A stretch of 64,000 nucleotides of DNA, from contig CBESOE010000009.1 in the NCBI GenBank assembly GCA_965531145.1, forward strand, positions 828 to 64,827. The letters run 5' to 3'. Positions within the stretch are counted from its first letter, which is position 1. Each line of letters starts with the position of its first letter. Below are positions 62,911 to 64,000 of this stretch, piece by piece. The stretch comes from an uncultured bacterium. Lineage in GTDB: Bacteria > Acidobacteriota > JAQAZP01. The notes under the pieces are model-generated. The model was not told the DNA's origin. It saw only the letters and a program-made list of their open reading frames with translations, and ran no database searches. The position numbers were made by a program, and so were the translations under genes.

Positions 62911-64000
62911 TCAGGGGGCCACGCCGGTCACCGTGCAGCCGTCAGAACTGGTGTCACCGGATGGCGCAAAGGGCGGCTGGTTGTACGGGGCCGGCGTGAC
63001 ATCCTCGGCAACCAGGTTGAACAGGTTGTCCCCCGCCACCGAACCCAGGGCCGGCAGATTCTGGTTCCAGATGGCATTGTAGGTCTCGTGGGGGGCCAGG
63101 TTGGTCCAGCCGGCCCGGAAGCTGCCAAAGAAAGTGCCGGCGGCAATCTGCAGCTGCAGCCGGGCGGCGGCCCGCCGGTTCTCGTCGCTGAGATTGGTCA
63201 GCCCGCAGTTGATCTGGAAGGCGAAGGGCAGGGTGCCGCTGCCCGGGACACAGGTCAGTGCCGTGTCCAGGGTATCTACCGGCTGGGTCTGGCCCACACC
63301 GAAGAAGATGAGGATCTCCGCCAGCAGTTCCTGCCTGGTGCTGGGCGAGGCCCCGTCATCCAACCCGCCGAACTCGAAGGCGCAGCCCACGGTGAGGTAG
63401 CTGCCGCCGTCGTAGGCCACACCGTTGTCGTAGACCGGGCTGCCGTTGGTGAACAGGGTGACCGCCCCGCTACCGGGGGAGATGTGGTCCATGTAGGAAT
63501 TGGTGCCGCTGTAGGTGAAGGACATGCCCTCGGTGAGGGTAGCGGCCACGCCGTTCACCGGCCCGCAGTCGCCGGCGCCGTCAGCGTCGCCATTGATGTG
63601 GAAGTAGGGGTGCACCGCCGTGGCCGTGTTGTAGGCCCAGGTGTCGCCACCTTCCATGTAGAGCCGGCCGCCGCCATCGAGGTAGGCGGCCAGGGAGCTG
63701 CCCTCACCGCTGGTCAGGGCGTGGTTGCCGGAGTAAATGCCGAGACAGGCAAAGATCGCCTCGTAGAGCGCCGGATCGGCGGGCAGGGACACCCCGCTGC
63801 CATACGCCACCCCGAGGCCGTCCAGGGCACTGGTCAGGGCCGCCTCGGAGGCGCTCCCCGAGGGGTTCCAGACATAGACCGGGATGGAAGCGACGATGCC
63901 GAAACCGTGGTACCCGGTGGCCGGGTGCCAGGTGGTGTTGTTGTCCCCGGACGCGTCCACCGCGCGGATACGATATTCCACCAGATCGCCATCGCTCACC
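62911..64000 (-). CDS. Large secreted protein (N-terminus beyond the window end). Its C-terminal ~115-aa domain is homologous to that of the 40279..42936 M14 carboxypeptidase.
   Basis: C-terminus TLPFAFQINCGLTNLSDENRRAAARL...AGWTNLAPHETYNAIWNQNLPALGS...DVTPAPYNQPPFAPSGDTSSDGC is about 55% identical to the other copy. Nucleotide similarity is visible too. The upstream part is Gly/Ser/Thr-rich beta-type sequence. Confidence 0.7.
   Translation of the reverse strand, partial: VSDGDLVEYRIRAVDASGDNNTTWHPATGYHGFGIVASIPVYVWNPSGSASEAALTSALDGLGVAYGSGVSLPADPALYEAIFACLGIYSGNHALTSGEGSSLAAYLDGGGRLYMEGGDTWAYNTATAVHPYFHINGDADGAGDCGPVNGVAATLTEGMSFTYSGTNSYMDHISPGSGAVTLFTNGSPVYDNGVAYDGGSYLTVGCAFEFGGLDDGASPSTRQELLAEILIFFGVGQTQPVDTLDTALTCVPGSGTLPFAFQINCGLTNLSDENRRAAARLQLQIAAGTFFGSFRAGWTNLAPHETYNAIWNQNLPALGSVAGDNLFNLVAEDVTPAPYNQPPFAPSGDTSSDGCTVTGVAP

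Noticed and set aside
1-64000. CRISPR arrays, tRNA/rRNA genes, transposases and integrases.
   Set aside because: No spacer-repeat periodicity, no tRNA-like T-arm or acceptor patterns in the intergenic regions, and no IS-like terminal repeats with a transposase ORF. The window looks like core chromosome.

Overview
The window is 64 kb of high-GC (~65-70%) bacterial chromosome. It is densely coded on both strands with long spurious antisense ORFs. Content suggests an anaerobic deltaproteobacterium-like (Desulfobacterota-type) organism: cytochrome c553-like gene, sigma-54 activator, a selenoprotein, many TPR and secreted proteins. This taxonomic guess is inference only.

Housekeeping genes recognised from protein signatures:
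- TonB-C domain protein; HIT hydrolase; chorismate mutase/DAHP synthase fusion; amidohydrolase; PilZ; a MetRS paralog.
- GNAT acetyltransferase; NCS2 purine permease; a 1568-aa membrane sensor histidine kinase.
- psd-pssA phospholipid operon with DUF465 and tsaB; mutS; UvrD/PcrA helicase; HI0933-type flavoprotein; DEAD/DUF1998 (MrfA-like) helicase.
- A block of secreted proteins: VWA-like, TPR/Zn-ribbon, FG-GAP/VCBS, MBL hydrolase, M14 carboxypeptidase with dockerin-like tail, M29 aminopeptidase.
- OsmC; two Thr-nucleophile sulfatase-like proteins; a large multidomain M14 carboxypeptidase; HEAT-repeat protein; 5'-nucleotidase lipoprotein; DinB; FtcD; PfkA with three membrane/secreted proteins.
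- A moaA-moeA-moaC-MOSC/MogA molybdenum-cofactor operon; a sigma-54 PAS activator; a cytochrome c553-like plus outer-membrane beta-barrel operon; a second large secreted protein running off the window end.

No rRNA, tRNA, CRISPR array, transposase or integrase was seen.

Most notable observations:
- An unannotated SelW-like selenoprotein with in-frame UGA and a SECIS-like hairpin.
- A second in-frame TGA whose frame keeps coding.
- A MetRS paralog with both catalytic signature motifs lost.
- A roughly 115-aa C-terminal domain shared by two unrelated large secreted proteins.
- A TGTCATTGCGAG...CGAAGCAATCTC repeat family in three copies around the flavoprotein gene.
- A three-hairpin array between ftcD and a sulfatase-like gene that includes a 27-bp terminal-inverted-repeat element.
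- Several long perfect palindromes acting as bidirectional terminators.
- An AT-rich, half-site-rich control region upstream of the cytochrome-porin operon.
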